Below, piece by piece: positions 9,758-19,364 of a stretch of 32,000 nucleotides of DNA. How positions within the stretch are numbered: position 1 is the stretch's first letter; each line of letters begins with the position of its first letter. Origin of the DNA: Candidatus Saccharimonadota bacterium (GTDB lineage: Bacteria > Patescibacteriota > Gracilibacteria > BD1-5 > UBA2023). The notes under the pieces were generated by a model. It was not told the DNA's origin, did no database searches, and saw only the letters and a program-made list of their open reading frames with translations. The position numbers were made by a program, and so were the translations under genes. The stretch is taken from positions 1,170,001 through 1,202,000 of the forward strand of contig OY970170.1 of assembly GCA_963706795.1 (NCBI GenBank). The letters are read 5' to 3'.

Positions 9758-10804
9758 ATGAAATATATCAGCGCTCTCGAGGAATTCATCACATATTTGC
9801 GACTACACCGAAATGCGAGTCCAAAGACTATCGAGCAATACGAATTACATATATGGAAGTTTTTAGAGTTCGTAGATCCAAAAACCACAGGTCATCCTGA
9901 TCTCGATCTTCCCCATCATGCTATTTTTGTAGAAACTTCGGAAGATCCTGAAAAACGAGCTAAAAAGATGCAGACAAAGATGTTTTTACGAGGATTATGT
10001 CGTCTCGAGATCGAAAACGTGAATTTAGAGGATTTAAATGAATTTCGCCTATTTTTGGCAGATAAATGACTCGCTGTGAAGTCTGCAAATGCCTATATGA
10101 TCACGTTTCGGACGTTTTTTAAGTTTTTGAAGAAAAAATGAATCCAATGTATCGATCCAACCACCATTGATCTCATTAAAGAAAAGGATCGCCAAGTGAC
10201 ATTTTTAACAACTGAGGAAGTCATGAAGCTTTTTGCGAGTGTCTGAAATGATCGAATCCAGGACAAACGTGATCTCGCAATCCTCGAATGTATCTATTCA
10301 ACTGGACTGCGTATCTCTGAACTCACAAATCTCAACCGTAACAGTATCAATCTCGATACCATGGAATTCATCGTCCGCGGTAAGGGTTCCAAAGTCCGAA
10401 TTGTCTACCTGACAGAACGCGCAAAATGAGCAATTGTAGACTATCTCGAAGCGCGAAATGATCATTTTAACCCACTCTTTATACGCCATAATTACGACGC
10501 AGAGAGTATTAATTCGGCATCTTTAGATGATGAACATGTGCGTTTAACGCGTCAGTTTATCACGGATATGGTCGGCAAGCGCGCTATGAAGGCAGGGATT
10601 CTCAAGGATGTTTCGGCTCATACGCTCAGGCACTCGTTTGCGACGACACTTTTGGAGCATGGTGCAGATATACGATCGATTCAAGAACTTCTTGGTCATT
10701 CGTCAATTACGACGACTCAGGTGTATACACATGTCACGAATCCACGCCTCAAAGAAATCCATCGAAACTTCCATTCGCCTTTACAAAAAGATGGCGACCT
10801 ATAG
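9758..10804 (+). CDS. xerC: tyrosine recombinase/integrase, XerC/XerD family, 348 aa, 4 in-frame TGA
   Basis: ORF-track pieces 9758..10069 and 10538..10804 are in the same frame. The gap translates without TAA/TAG. Motifs: [54 protein letters not shown] (catalytic R..K..HxxR..H..Y set). TGAs are at 10067, 10139, 10244 and 10427. Confidence 0.88.
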
Positions 10805-10853
10805 AGTATTCCTGCTTCACCCGTGATTAAACTTCAGAAAGAGGAAAGCAAAA

Positions 10854-10958
10854 ATGACTATCGAACCTGTAGCACCGATCTTTTCACCGCAAGGCGATGA
10901 AGTATGCATTACAGTAGACGACGGCCGTAAGCGCGGCGATCGTGTAAAATTGGGCTAG
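10854..10958 (+). CDS. possible micro-protein, 34 aa (MTIEPVAPIFSPQGDEVCITVDDGRKRGDRVKLG)
   Basis: GAGGA lies 8 nt upstream of the ATG. The ORF sits between the recombinase stop and a strong terminator at 10988. I recognise no similarity. Confidence 0.3.
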   Translation: MTIEPVAPIFSPQGDEVCITVDDGRKRGDRVKLG

Positions 10959-10987
10959 CTTCCCACTAGCACTGATTCAAATCAACC

Positions 10988-11020
10988 ATGCCATGAGATA
11001 TTCTCTCATGGCATTTTTTG
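10988..11020 (+). terminator. rho-independent terminator
   Basis: An 11-bp perfect stem (ATGCCATGAGA / TCTCATGGCAT) with loop TATTC, followed by TTTTTGTG. Confidence 0.8.
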
Positions 11021-11114
11021 TGTCTCGGTTTCAATTGTCTTTACAAAATAAGGACGATATATAAAGTATTGGCGCTTCAATGTGATTCATATAAACACTA
11101 CTGGAGGTAGCAAA

Positions 11115-11234
11115 ATGTCTACACAACAAAAACCTATACCATCCAATTTTTGGGATGACGACTGGCTGTCCGACGAAGTACATACTGGTGCAAAACAACT
11201 GCCACCATATGTCTCTCAAACACCAGATGACTAA
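11115..11234 (+). CDS. possible micro-protein, 39 aa (MSTQQKPIPSNFWDDDWLSDEVHTGAKQLPPYVSQTPDD)
   Basis: GGAGG lies 7 nt upstream of the ATG, and a terminator hairpin follows at 11254-11286. The overlapping minus-strand ORF 11031..11219 has no such signals. Confidence 0.4.
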   Translation: MSTQQKPIPSNFWDDDWLSDEVHTGAKQLPPYVSQTPDD

Positions 11235-11253
11235 AAGTCGAGTAATACTGCTT

Positions 11254-11286
11254 AACTGAGGATCTCTTAGATTCTCAGTTTTTTTA
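11254..11286. terminator. hairpin with T-run between convergent genes
   Basis: AACTGAG at 11254-11260 pairs with CTCAGTT at 11274-11280, followed by TTTTTTT. It overlaps the last codons of the minus-strand gene ending at 11284. Confidence 0.5.
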
Positions 11287-12075
11287 TGTCTTCATAGTGA
11301 GGAAACAGCCAGCTCATTCCATACGAATAATATCAACCGTGTCGCGGTACAATGACTCATATCAGAGCTCTTTACTCATTTCGCGAAGTCGGTTGATGGA
11401 CGAGATGTATCGCATGTTTACGAGCATTCCGAGTAATGCTCTGTCGAGAGAAGTCGCATAACGCTCAAGGAATTTACGAACCAAATAGCCATCTGGATAG
11501 AGTCAGCCAACATGTACAAGAAGCGCGTCTAACAGAGCTGCTTCTAATCCGAGAATTTTAAATTTTTCTCACTGAATCATGTCGATTCGCACGGTCATTT
11601 TTGCAAGTTTTGGGAAGAGATTTCCGCTCGTACGTTTCCCCGCCTCAATAGTTTTGAATACGATTTTGTGCCGTGGAGAGACCTTGAGTATTTTATTAGT
11701 AGACTTTGTATATACAATGAGTATATTGGAAGTAGACATATCTCAGATGTGCATTTCCAGAGCCTTAGGTCAGGCAATGATATATTCAGAATGCACTTCA
11801 CGACGAATAAAGGCGCTCGCAATTTGCCAGTAGTGTGACTCAATAAGTCCAATTGCATCCTTGTTTGATTCGGGTATTCAAATCAAAAAAAGCCCGCTTC
11901 GAAGAGCGAAGATTTGATTCTCAGCCTTGAGTCGGTAGATGGTTTTATATACTTCGCGCTTACCAACCGGACCACGAGTGTTTTCGGGATCAATGATCTC
12001 GAGCATATCCTCCAAAAGTAGAATTTTACTCGGTCTTGCTCACAATTTCTTTACAATTTTGTGAAATTCGATCAT
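11284..12075 (-). CDS. AbiEi-like (type IV toxin-antitoxin antitoxin / wHTH regulator family) protein, 263 aa, 8 in-frame TGA
   Basis: I checked all 264 codons by hand: no TAA/TAG until 11284-11286. The layout resembles AbiEi: N-terminal ...YRLKAENQIFALRSGLFLIG, central YIIAGPKALEMHIGD, and C-terminal KILGLEAALLDALLV. The ORF track shows only an out-of-frame 87-aa piece here. Confidence 0.5.
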
Positions 12076-12150
12076 TGAATTTATATAGTAATATACAGAG
12101 TCTTTTATCTATAAATATATTATAGTTTTTACTATAAGAATCAAGTATTT

Positions 12151-13950
12151 TTACTTTTTATCTATTGTGTCTCGATAGGTCTTCCCTTTCTGATAATCAA
12201 TTTTATCCAGAATATTCTCATCCTTACTTCCCTGCCCTAACTCAAACACACTCGCTTTGGAGTTCATATATTCACCAAGTGCAGAAATACTCTCACTTGC
12301 GACGAGTGTACTCGCATTGATAGTCGTGCGGAAATTGCGGTAAACAATAGACATGTTGTCTTCCCTACCGAATGTGAGACCAAACGAGAGACTAATGACT
12401 CAAATGAGTACCAAATAGCTCGCGATCTGAAAATTAGATGTAAGTGCAATTTCTGGGAATTTTTGCTCAGCAAAGCGTTTTCCAAATCGCAGAAGATGAA
12501 GTCCAAGAAGTGCGAGAAAAGTACCAAGTGGCGCTATAAAGAAGAGGATTCCTGCAAGGATAAGCAGCCAACCAAATTGGATTGATCTTAAAAACCAACC
12601 GTATAAACCAGACTTCCCAAAGGCCTCGAGCGAAAGGAAAAATCTCGAAAGCATCTTGTATTCGCTATATCCATTGGATTCATGGATAGTGAGAATAAAC
12701 TTGATGAAGTAGTATAGGTCCGAATTTTTGTTAAATACGCGCGCAAGTCTTGCAATCAAAAATGGACGCAAAAATCTGAGGAAGAGTGATGAATCCAGCA
12801 TATTCGCGAGCGTTTTTACACGCTCAAGATGTTCGAATGAAACACTGAGTTCCTTCCGTGCAAATGATCGTCGCTTAATCTCATAAAATGCCTGTCGAGA
12901 GAGAAAGCTAATACCCAAAATTGCATCAAGTAAATCAATCGAATTATCATACATAAGCCCCTTACGAAGAACACCCTGAAACTGCTCACGCTTCATGGGA
13001 TCGCTTCCCATTGCATCGTGGGTATCTGCAATGAAATCGAGTTTTTCGACAACAGATCCTTGAGCAATGGATTTTGAACGTGCAATAAACTGCTGGAATA
13101 TATTATCTTCGGTGAGCGCGATATTATATTTAGGAGTCTTCAGGAGCTTCATTCGCAAAAATCGGAAGCAATCAAAGACGCCTTCGGCTTCGATCGTTTC
13201 GAGAAGCTGGCGTGTGATAGAGAATTCACCGAGGAAATATTTTTCCCAAAATGTCACTCGTGGGCCTGATCGATCGGCGATCATTTCGAGATAGAGATCG
13301 CGAGCAATTCGACGTCCATAGTTTTTCCAAGACTTTGAGAGGTTTGAGATTTTGCGGTCAGGTTTTGCAGCGAGTTCAACAACGAGTACCTTAAAAAACT
13401 CGATACAAGAGGGTGTACGAACAAAGTCCACTGCATGTAAATCCATGTCTTTTTCGAGCGCAGCAAGGTAGTCTCCCCTTCCCTCGTCAGTGGTGAGACC
13501 GAGGAACACTTGCTGAGCATCTCGATTTTCGTAGAAGTAACGCAGTATCTCAAACTGCATGCGATACTGCGGATGCTTTTCAAGAACATAGAAATAAAAA
13601 TCCACATCTCGCCAATAACTCTCCTCAAAATAGCGATCGAGATAGGCTTTTTGAGCTGGAAGCTGACCACTCCCCTCATAAAAAGCATAGATGATCTTAA
13701 AAAATCCACTTTTCTCGTACCCTTCGATCAGTTCGATAAAAAGCGCGGAAGTATTCTCATAATAGGCTTTTTCGATGCCGTTCATGAGTCCATCTGCAAA
13801 TTCTTCAACAAGCTCACGCGCCTTTGCTATAGAGAAAAGTAAGGCAATTGGATTCTTTGAAGAAACGAGGGTTTCGAGCTGATTTTGGATAGTAGGTGTG
13901 TCCATGGGATTATTTTGACACACTTTGTCTATTCCTCCAAAAAACCTCAC
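12151..13950 (-). CDS. hypothetical membrane protein, 599 aa (large helical N-terminal domain, C-terminal TM helices, soluble tail), 1 in-frame TGA
   Basis: ORF-track 12400..13950 ends in TGA (12400-12402) and is in frame with 12151..12354. TM-like stretches are FGWLLILAGILFFIAPLGTFLALLGLHLL and IASYLVLIGVISLSFGL. The start is uncertain: GTG at 13950, or ATG at 13905. Stop is TAA. Confidence 0.7.
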
Positions 13951-13964
13951 GTTTCTTGCGTCTT

Positions 13965-14002
13965 AAAAAAACCTGGAAATCTTGAGGGATTTCCAGGTTT
14001 TT
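13965..14002 (-). terminator. rho-independent terminator after valS (symmetric, could act in both directions)
   Basis: AAAAAAACCTGGAAATC-ttgagg-GATTTCCAGGTTTTT, immediately downstream of the valS stop (TAA 14005-14007). Confidence 0.8.
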
Positions 14003-14004
14003 GT

Positions 14005-16656
14005 TTATGCATCGAGTTTGGAGAATTTTTCGAGAAGTTTTTCGAGCTGTTCTTCGGCTTGGTGCTTTTTTTCTTGTTCGATGCGGACGATCTTTTCGGG
14101 CGCATTTTTTACGAAGTCCTTATTCGTGAGCTTGATATCAACGATGCGAATGTATTCTTTTTTGTTCTCAATTTCGCTTCTGAGGCGGATTTTTTCAGCT
14201 TCGGTATCAATGTGCGCAGAGGTGTTGAGATACATTTCAACGTCTTTGACGACCGCATATGAAAACTCTGCGTATTCATCACCCGCCTTTTTAATGATTT
14301 GGAATTCCGAGAGTTTAGCGAGCCCACGGAGGATAGTACGATTAGCCTCGAGGATATCTGTAGATTTTTTACCAGTTACGAAGATAGCCTCAACGAGATC
14401 TCCTGGCTTTACGCCCTTGCTTGCTCGGACATTTCGGACTTCACGGATTACCTCATAGAGGAGAATGAAATCTTTTTCGAGCGATTCATCTCGTAAAAAT
14501 TTACATACTGGCCACTTAGAAACAATGAGATGCTTACCATTGGTAAGACGTCCGTAGAGCTCATCAGTCACAAATGGAATATATGGATGGAGAAGCGCGA
14601 GAGTCGTAAGTACTGCGTAACTCATGATATCGCTTCCATGAGGGGAAGTTGTCTTGGTGAGCTTGTATTCTTCAACTGCAAAGTCAGCGAGTTCATCTCG
14701 GAGGAAGGCGATGAGTTCTTGCCCCTTTTCGGAGAAATTAAGTTTCTCCATTCCTTCTGTGATAGAATCAACAGTCGCTCTGAGTCGAGAAAGAATCCAT
14801 TTTTCATGTGGCAGAAGCGAATCATAGTTCGCCATGAGTCGATCATGAATTGTTTCTGGCTCCTCTCAGGTTGTTTCGATATTTGTAGCAATGAATCGAG
14901 CAACATTCCAGAGCTTATTTAAAAGCATCAGGTTGTTGTCTGTCGTCTTCATTGAAAAGTTGAGATTCGTTCCTGGAGTATTTCCAAGTACGAGAGAGAG
15001 CCGAAGCGCATCAGCCGAATGACTCTCAATTACATCGAGGGGATTAATGACTGTACCACTCGATTTGCTCATCTTTTTTCCGGATTCGGTGAGGATGAGT
15101 CCATGGAGATAGACCGTCTTAAATGGTGTCTGACCGGTGTACTCATAGCCCAACAAAAACATACGAATAACCCAAAAGAAGAGTATATCGTGTCCCGTTT
15201 CGAGAACATTTGCTGGGTAGAATTTTTTAAAGAATTCTCCAGGATTTTCAGGTGTCCAGTCGAGGACAGCATATGGCCAAAGAGCAGAAGAAAACCAAGT
15301 ATCGAGGACGTCTTCGTCTCGTCGAACATTTTCTTTGCCGAACTGAGCATAAACTTCCTCAGGGTTGAGGCTTACAGCGACGAGCTCTCCAGTTTTGATG
15401 TCATAATATGCTGGAATTTGATGTCCCCACCAAAGCTGACGCGAAATACACCAATCACGAAGATTATAAATCCAGTCTTCAAAAGTCTTATTAAAGCGCG
15501 AAGGGAGGATTTCAAATTCTTTCTTTTCATAGCCCTTAATTACTTTTTTGGCCATATCTGAAGCCTTGACGAACCACTGAGTTGAGACGATGGACTCGAC
15601 ACGACCTCCGCTTCGCTCACAATAGGCAACTTTGTGAGTATATGGTTCAATTTTTTTGAGATTTCCTTTGGCTTTGAGGAGTTCAACGATATTTTCGCGG
15701 GCAGTTGTTGCTGCATCTTGGCCAGCAAAAATTCCGGCTTCAGCATTCATCTTACCATTACGGTCGATAACTGAGTAGTCGAGGCGGAGATTGTGGCGCT
15801 TTCCGGCTTCAAAGTCTACTGGATCGTGTGCAGGAGTGATTTTGAGTGCTCCGGTACCAAATTCACGGTCGACCATTTCGTCCGCGATGATGGGAATCTC
15901 TTTATTAACGATCGGGAGAATAACCTTGCGGCCAATGATCTTTTTAAATCGCTTGTCTTTTGGATGTACTGCAATCGCCTGGTCACCAAGGAGTGTTTCT
16001 GGACGAGTTGTTGCAATGGTGAGCTCGTTATCAGAGCCAGATACAAAATATGTAATGTAGTACATTTTTGCCTCTTCTTCACGGTATTCGACTTCGATAT
16101 CAGAGATAACGGATTCGAGGCGTGGAGAATAATTTACCATATATTCTCCACGGTAGATGAGACCTTTTTTATAGAGATCCACAAAGGTGTGTTCAACGAG
16201 TTTGTTAACACTCGCATCCATCGTGAATTTTTCGCGTGACCAGTCAATCGATGCACCCATTTGGCGAACCTGATTGTTGATATTCGCGGCATACTCATCT
16301 TTCCACTTGAGGGTTTCTTCGAGGAATTTTTCGCGACCGATATCGATGCGACGTCGCCCTTCAGCTGCAAGGCGCTGCTCTACTTTTACCTGCGTCGAAA
16401 TACCCGCATGATCCGTTCCTGGAACCCAGAGAGTTGAATCTCCAATCATTCGATGGTAGCGCACCATAATATCCTCAAGTACGAGCATGAGAGAATGTCC
16501 TATATGAAGATTACCCGTAACATTTGGAGGCGGAAGAGGCACGTAAAAGGTCTTCCCTGTTCGGGATTCCTGTGGCTGGAAATAGCCTAATTCTTCATCG
16601 CGCTTGGCGATAATTTTCTCGAATGATTTCGGATCGTACTGTTTTGGGAACTCCAT
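14005..16656 (-). CDS. valS: valyl-tRNA synthetase, 883 aa, 1 in-frame TGA
   Basis: ORF-track 14866..16845 and 14005..14835 are in the same frame and join across TGA 14866-14868 (...NIETT-G-EEPETIHDRLMANYD...). Motifs: PPPNVTGNLHIGH, KMSKS, WWGHQIP. The start is taken at MEFPKQYDPKSFE (ATG 16656). The upstream 63 codons of the ORF-track entry overlap a terminator and the previous gene. Confidence 0.93.
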
Positions 16657-16670
16657 GGCAACGGCAAGGC

Positions 16671-16706
16671 AAAAAATAGCCCCAGAAATATAACTATTTC
16701 GGGGGC
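16671..16706 (-). terminator. terminator-like hairpin between the 282-aa gene and valS
   Basis: On the minus strand: CCCCCGAAATA-gtta-TATTTCTGGGG (one internal mismatch), followed by CTATTTTTTG. It lies 20 nt after the stop at 16727 and 15 nt before the valS ATG. Confidence 0.55.
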
Positions 16707-16726
16707 GAATGCAACTCGTTTGACGA

Positions 16727-17575
16727 CTACAGAGGTCCGTACCTAGTGAGATATGGACTAATATCAAAGGGTTTGTACATATTTTTGAGATTGTACCAAT
16801 ACCGAAGGCGATAAATGAGCTCCATTTCTTCGAGCAAAAATTCACTCAAAAGCTCATAAACACGATTATCCGATATTTGATGCGTGATGGATATCTCAAA
16901 AATATGCCTTCAAAGATCTGGTCAGGTGAAATCTCAAGTGGGTAAATCAGGTTTACGCACTACGAGGGATGGATGCTTTACACTTGCTTCATCTTTACTT
17001 AGTTTTCAGAGAATGGGATGTCTTCTCATTTGCCAATATTCTCCATATTCTTGTATGTCTTGTGATATGCGCTTGAGCACTCCATCACACTCTTGAATAA
17101 CTTCTTTTATCTGCGGAAAGACCTTATTTATGGCAATATCTCGCTCTTCGCGGGCAATTTCTAGAAGCTCAATGGCTTCTTCGTATGCGATATCGGTAGC
17201 CACATCGATCGCCTCCATCGCAGCAAAAGTCTCTGTAAAATACTGTGAATACTGAGAACTATAGCGAAGTCTTGATATGAGATCTTTTTTTACACCTTCT
17301 TCCTCGACCATCACAAAATTGACCATTTCATCAAATTGATCCTCTTGAATGTTCGCGACCGTGTGCTTAATATAGTCCGAAAGATCGCTTGCAGTGGTGA
17401 CTCCTTCATCAAATGCCGCTGTCAGCGCAGAAATATCAGTGGCAGTGAGCGGTGTACCAAGCGGGGATTCTCATGCAGCAAAGCTGGCAAGATTGTGCTT
17501 GAGAGGCGCGTATGCTTGAACAATATGGTTTTCGAATTCTTTTGTATCAAAAGATCCGGCTACTGAATTTTTCAT
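16727..17575 (-). CDS. hypothetical protein, 282 aa, 5 in-frame TGA
   Basis: ORF-track 17006..17326 extends in frame in both directions once TGA is read as sense. I hand-checked from ATG 17575 to TAG 16727-16729. TGAs are at 17471, 17006, 16934, 16922 and 16910. It is acidic and helical, with no recognisable family. Confidence 0.65.
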
Positions 17576-18066
17576 TTCGAGGAAGAGATTCTCGAATTTA
17601 TACGTCTATATTTCACAAAGTCAAACGTCTTGAGTTGCTTTTCATAGAATGGCTCAAATCTATTCTCATAATAAGGAAAATATACATCGCCTTCAAACGT
17701 ACCAGGTACATGGCTTATCCATATCTCATCTGCAAGGTCTTGCTCAATAAATTGAGCATATGTCCGTGCTCAACCAACCACAAATACTCGCCCAATATCG
17801 AGGCTTTCAAAAGAGGCATAGCATGCCTCGATACTCTCAAATACTTTAGCTCATTTGAGGGATTCGATATTTTGAGACAAAACGATATTGCGACGATGTG
17901 GAAGTGGTTTACCAAGGGATTCAAAGGTTTTTCGACCCATGATGACTACATGATCTTTGGTTACCTCGTCAAAATGCTTGCGCTCGTCTTTGTTCGTCCA
18001 TGCGAATTGGCCATCTTTTCAGAGACAGCGAGATTCGTCCATTGCAACTATGAGCGTCGTAATCAT
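17560..18066 (-). CDS. folA: dihydrofolate reductase, 168 aa, 4 in-frame TGA
   Basis: Hand translation: MITTLIVAMDESRCLGKDGQFAWTNKDERKHFDEVTKDHVVIMGRKTFESLGKPLPHRRNIVLSQ...VFVVG[TGA=G]ARTYAQFIEQDLADEIWISHVPGTFEGDVYFP. All codons checked. The plus-strand 201-aa ORF 17512..18117 is its antisense shadow. Confidence 0.88.
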
Positions 18067-18075
18067 AACAAAAAA

Positions 18076-18846
18076 TTAAAGTCCGAATGCAAATGCCCGT
18101 CTACTAATGGTCCCTAATTCGTATCCTTCATATATCCAAGAAACCTTTTCTGAATCCTGAGCCATTCCCAAAATACTGAGTGCTGGCAAATAGTGCTCTG
18201 GAGTCGGAACTGAGAGTCGGCCTCATGAGAGATTCCATGGCTCAACAAGGCTCATATAGTCTTTTTGCTTCACTGCTTTTTTAAAAGCGGTATCAAATTC
18301 ATGGCCAAAAGTAAGGGTTTTTTGACCAGAAAAATCAAGAAGCGAGAGATTATGGACGATATTCCCCATTCCAATAACGAGGATTCCTTCATCTCTCAAT
18401 TTTTGAAGCTGTGCTCCGAGCTCGAAGTGTTTTGTATTACTATCATTCCTATCGAGCGAAATCGAAAAGACAGGAATATCTGCCTTAGGAAATATATGCA
18501 TCAGTGTCGTCCAAATTCCGTGATCAAATCAGCGTTCCACTGCTATAAACTGAGTATTTGGAAGTGTTTTTGCAAGAAGAGCAGCGCCTTCTGGATAGCC
18601 TGGCGCAGGATATTTTATAGAAGACAGCTGATCAGGAAAACCTCAAAAATCATAGATGGTCTCAGGGTGAGCTACAACATCCACAAATTTTCATTTCGTA
18701 TACCAATGCGCACTCACTGCAAGAATTGCCTTCGGTTTTGGTAGGGTTTTTCCAAGCTCATGAAGCACTGCAACATACTCATCTGTTTCAGGAGTTGCAA
18801 GCGCCATCATCGGTGAACCATGCGAAAGAAAAAGTATCGGGAGCAT
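18076..18846 (-). CDS. ygiD: class III extradiol dioxygenase, YgiD/LigB family (4,5-DOPA dioxygenase-like), 256 aa, 4 in-frame TGA
   Basis: MLPILFLSHGSPMMAL...TIYDF[TGA=G]GFPDQLSSIKYPAPG...HGIWTTLMHIFPKADIPVFSISLD...GILVIGMGNIVHNL...PTPEHYLPAL. All codons from 18481 to 18846 checked. Confidence 0.8.
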
Positions 18847-19236
18847 TTACGCGAGATAGTATTTAGCAAATAGGATTCGAAGCTCATCTGAAGTGAGCAC
18901 GCAGTCTTTACGAAGCACTAGTTCGGCAAGGAGTTCGCGTACCATTTCTGACGTCAGTGGAGTTGCAATACGTATAAGTCCTTCGCTCACATGGCGCACT
19001 GCGTCACTTCGGAGTAATCACTTATCCTGAAGCGCCTGTAAATCAGTAATAAGCTCAAGTTCAAAAGGCGTAAGTGTGTCTCTCAGTATAGGATCTTGGT
19101 GATTATGTTGATAGATCGCTGCCTCTTTTTGTGGAGAGGGATCCTTATTAAAATCATTGATTTTAATAACAACTGCCTGAGCCACTTCAGTGCTAATAGT
19201 TTGAGCAAGCAAGAGCATCACCACTGAGGCAAACAT
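18847..19236 (-). CDS. small secreted/membrane-anchored hypothetical protein, 129 aa, 1 in-frame TGA
   Basis: ORF-track 19018..19257 reads through TGA 19018-19020 to TAA 18847-18849. The start is taken at ATG 19236 (MFASVVMLLLAQTISTEVAQA, signal-like). Upstream in-frame starts at 19257 and 19332 overlap a hairpin. Confidence 0.6.
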
Positions 19237-19275
19237 TACTCTGGCTTTCGCGCACAAACGTCACTCAATATTAGT

Positions 19276-19301
19276 CAGAAGCTCTGCTTTGAGAGCTTCT
19301 G
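19276..19301. other. 10-bp perfect-stem hairpin between nrdB and the next gene
   Basis: CAGAAGCTCT-gctttg-AGAGCTTCTG. There is no T-run on either strand. Confidence 0.4.
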
Positions 19302-19364
19302 CATCTACGTGATTACCCTCAGATTGGCGCATGTAATGCTTTGTTTAGCTATAAAAAAGAGGGA

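Noticed and set aside
16657-16845. A 63-codon N-terminal extension of ValRS given in the ORF track (MNFCSKKWSS...).
   Set aside because: Canonical ValRS N-terminal sequence begins at MEFPKQYDP (ATG 16656). The extension is Cys-rich and low-complexity, and it overlaps the upstream gene's 3' end and terminator.
16657-17005. An apparent 350-nt non-coding leader upstream of valS with a terminator-like hairpin, which looked like a T-box riboswitch.
   Set aside because: With TGA read as Gly, the 106-aa ORF 17006..17326 extends in frame to TAG at 16727, so most of the region is coding. The hairpin (16671-16706) is then simply that gene's terminator. No convincing T-box consensus (GGTGGTACCGCG-like) is present.
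17512-18117. A 201-aa plus-strand ORF.
   Set aside because: It is antisense to folA, whose DHFR motifs are unambiguous on the minus strand.
18865-18885. A GGATTCGAAGC / TTCGAATCC-like string resembling a tRNA T-arm.
   Set aside because: There is no complementary T-stem, acceptor stem or anticodon arm around it, and it lies inside a coding frame (…DELRILFAKYY).
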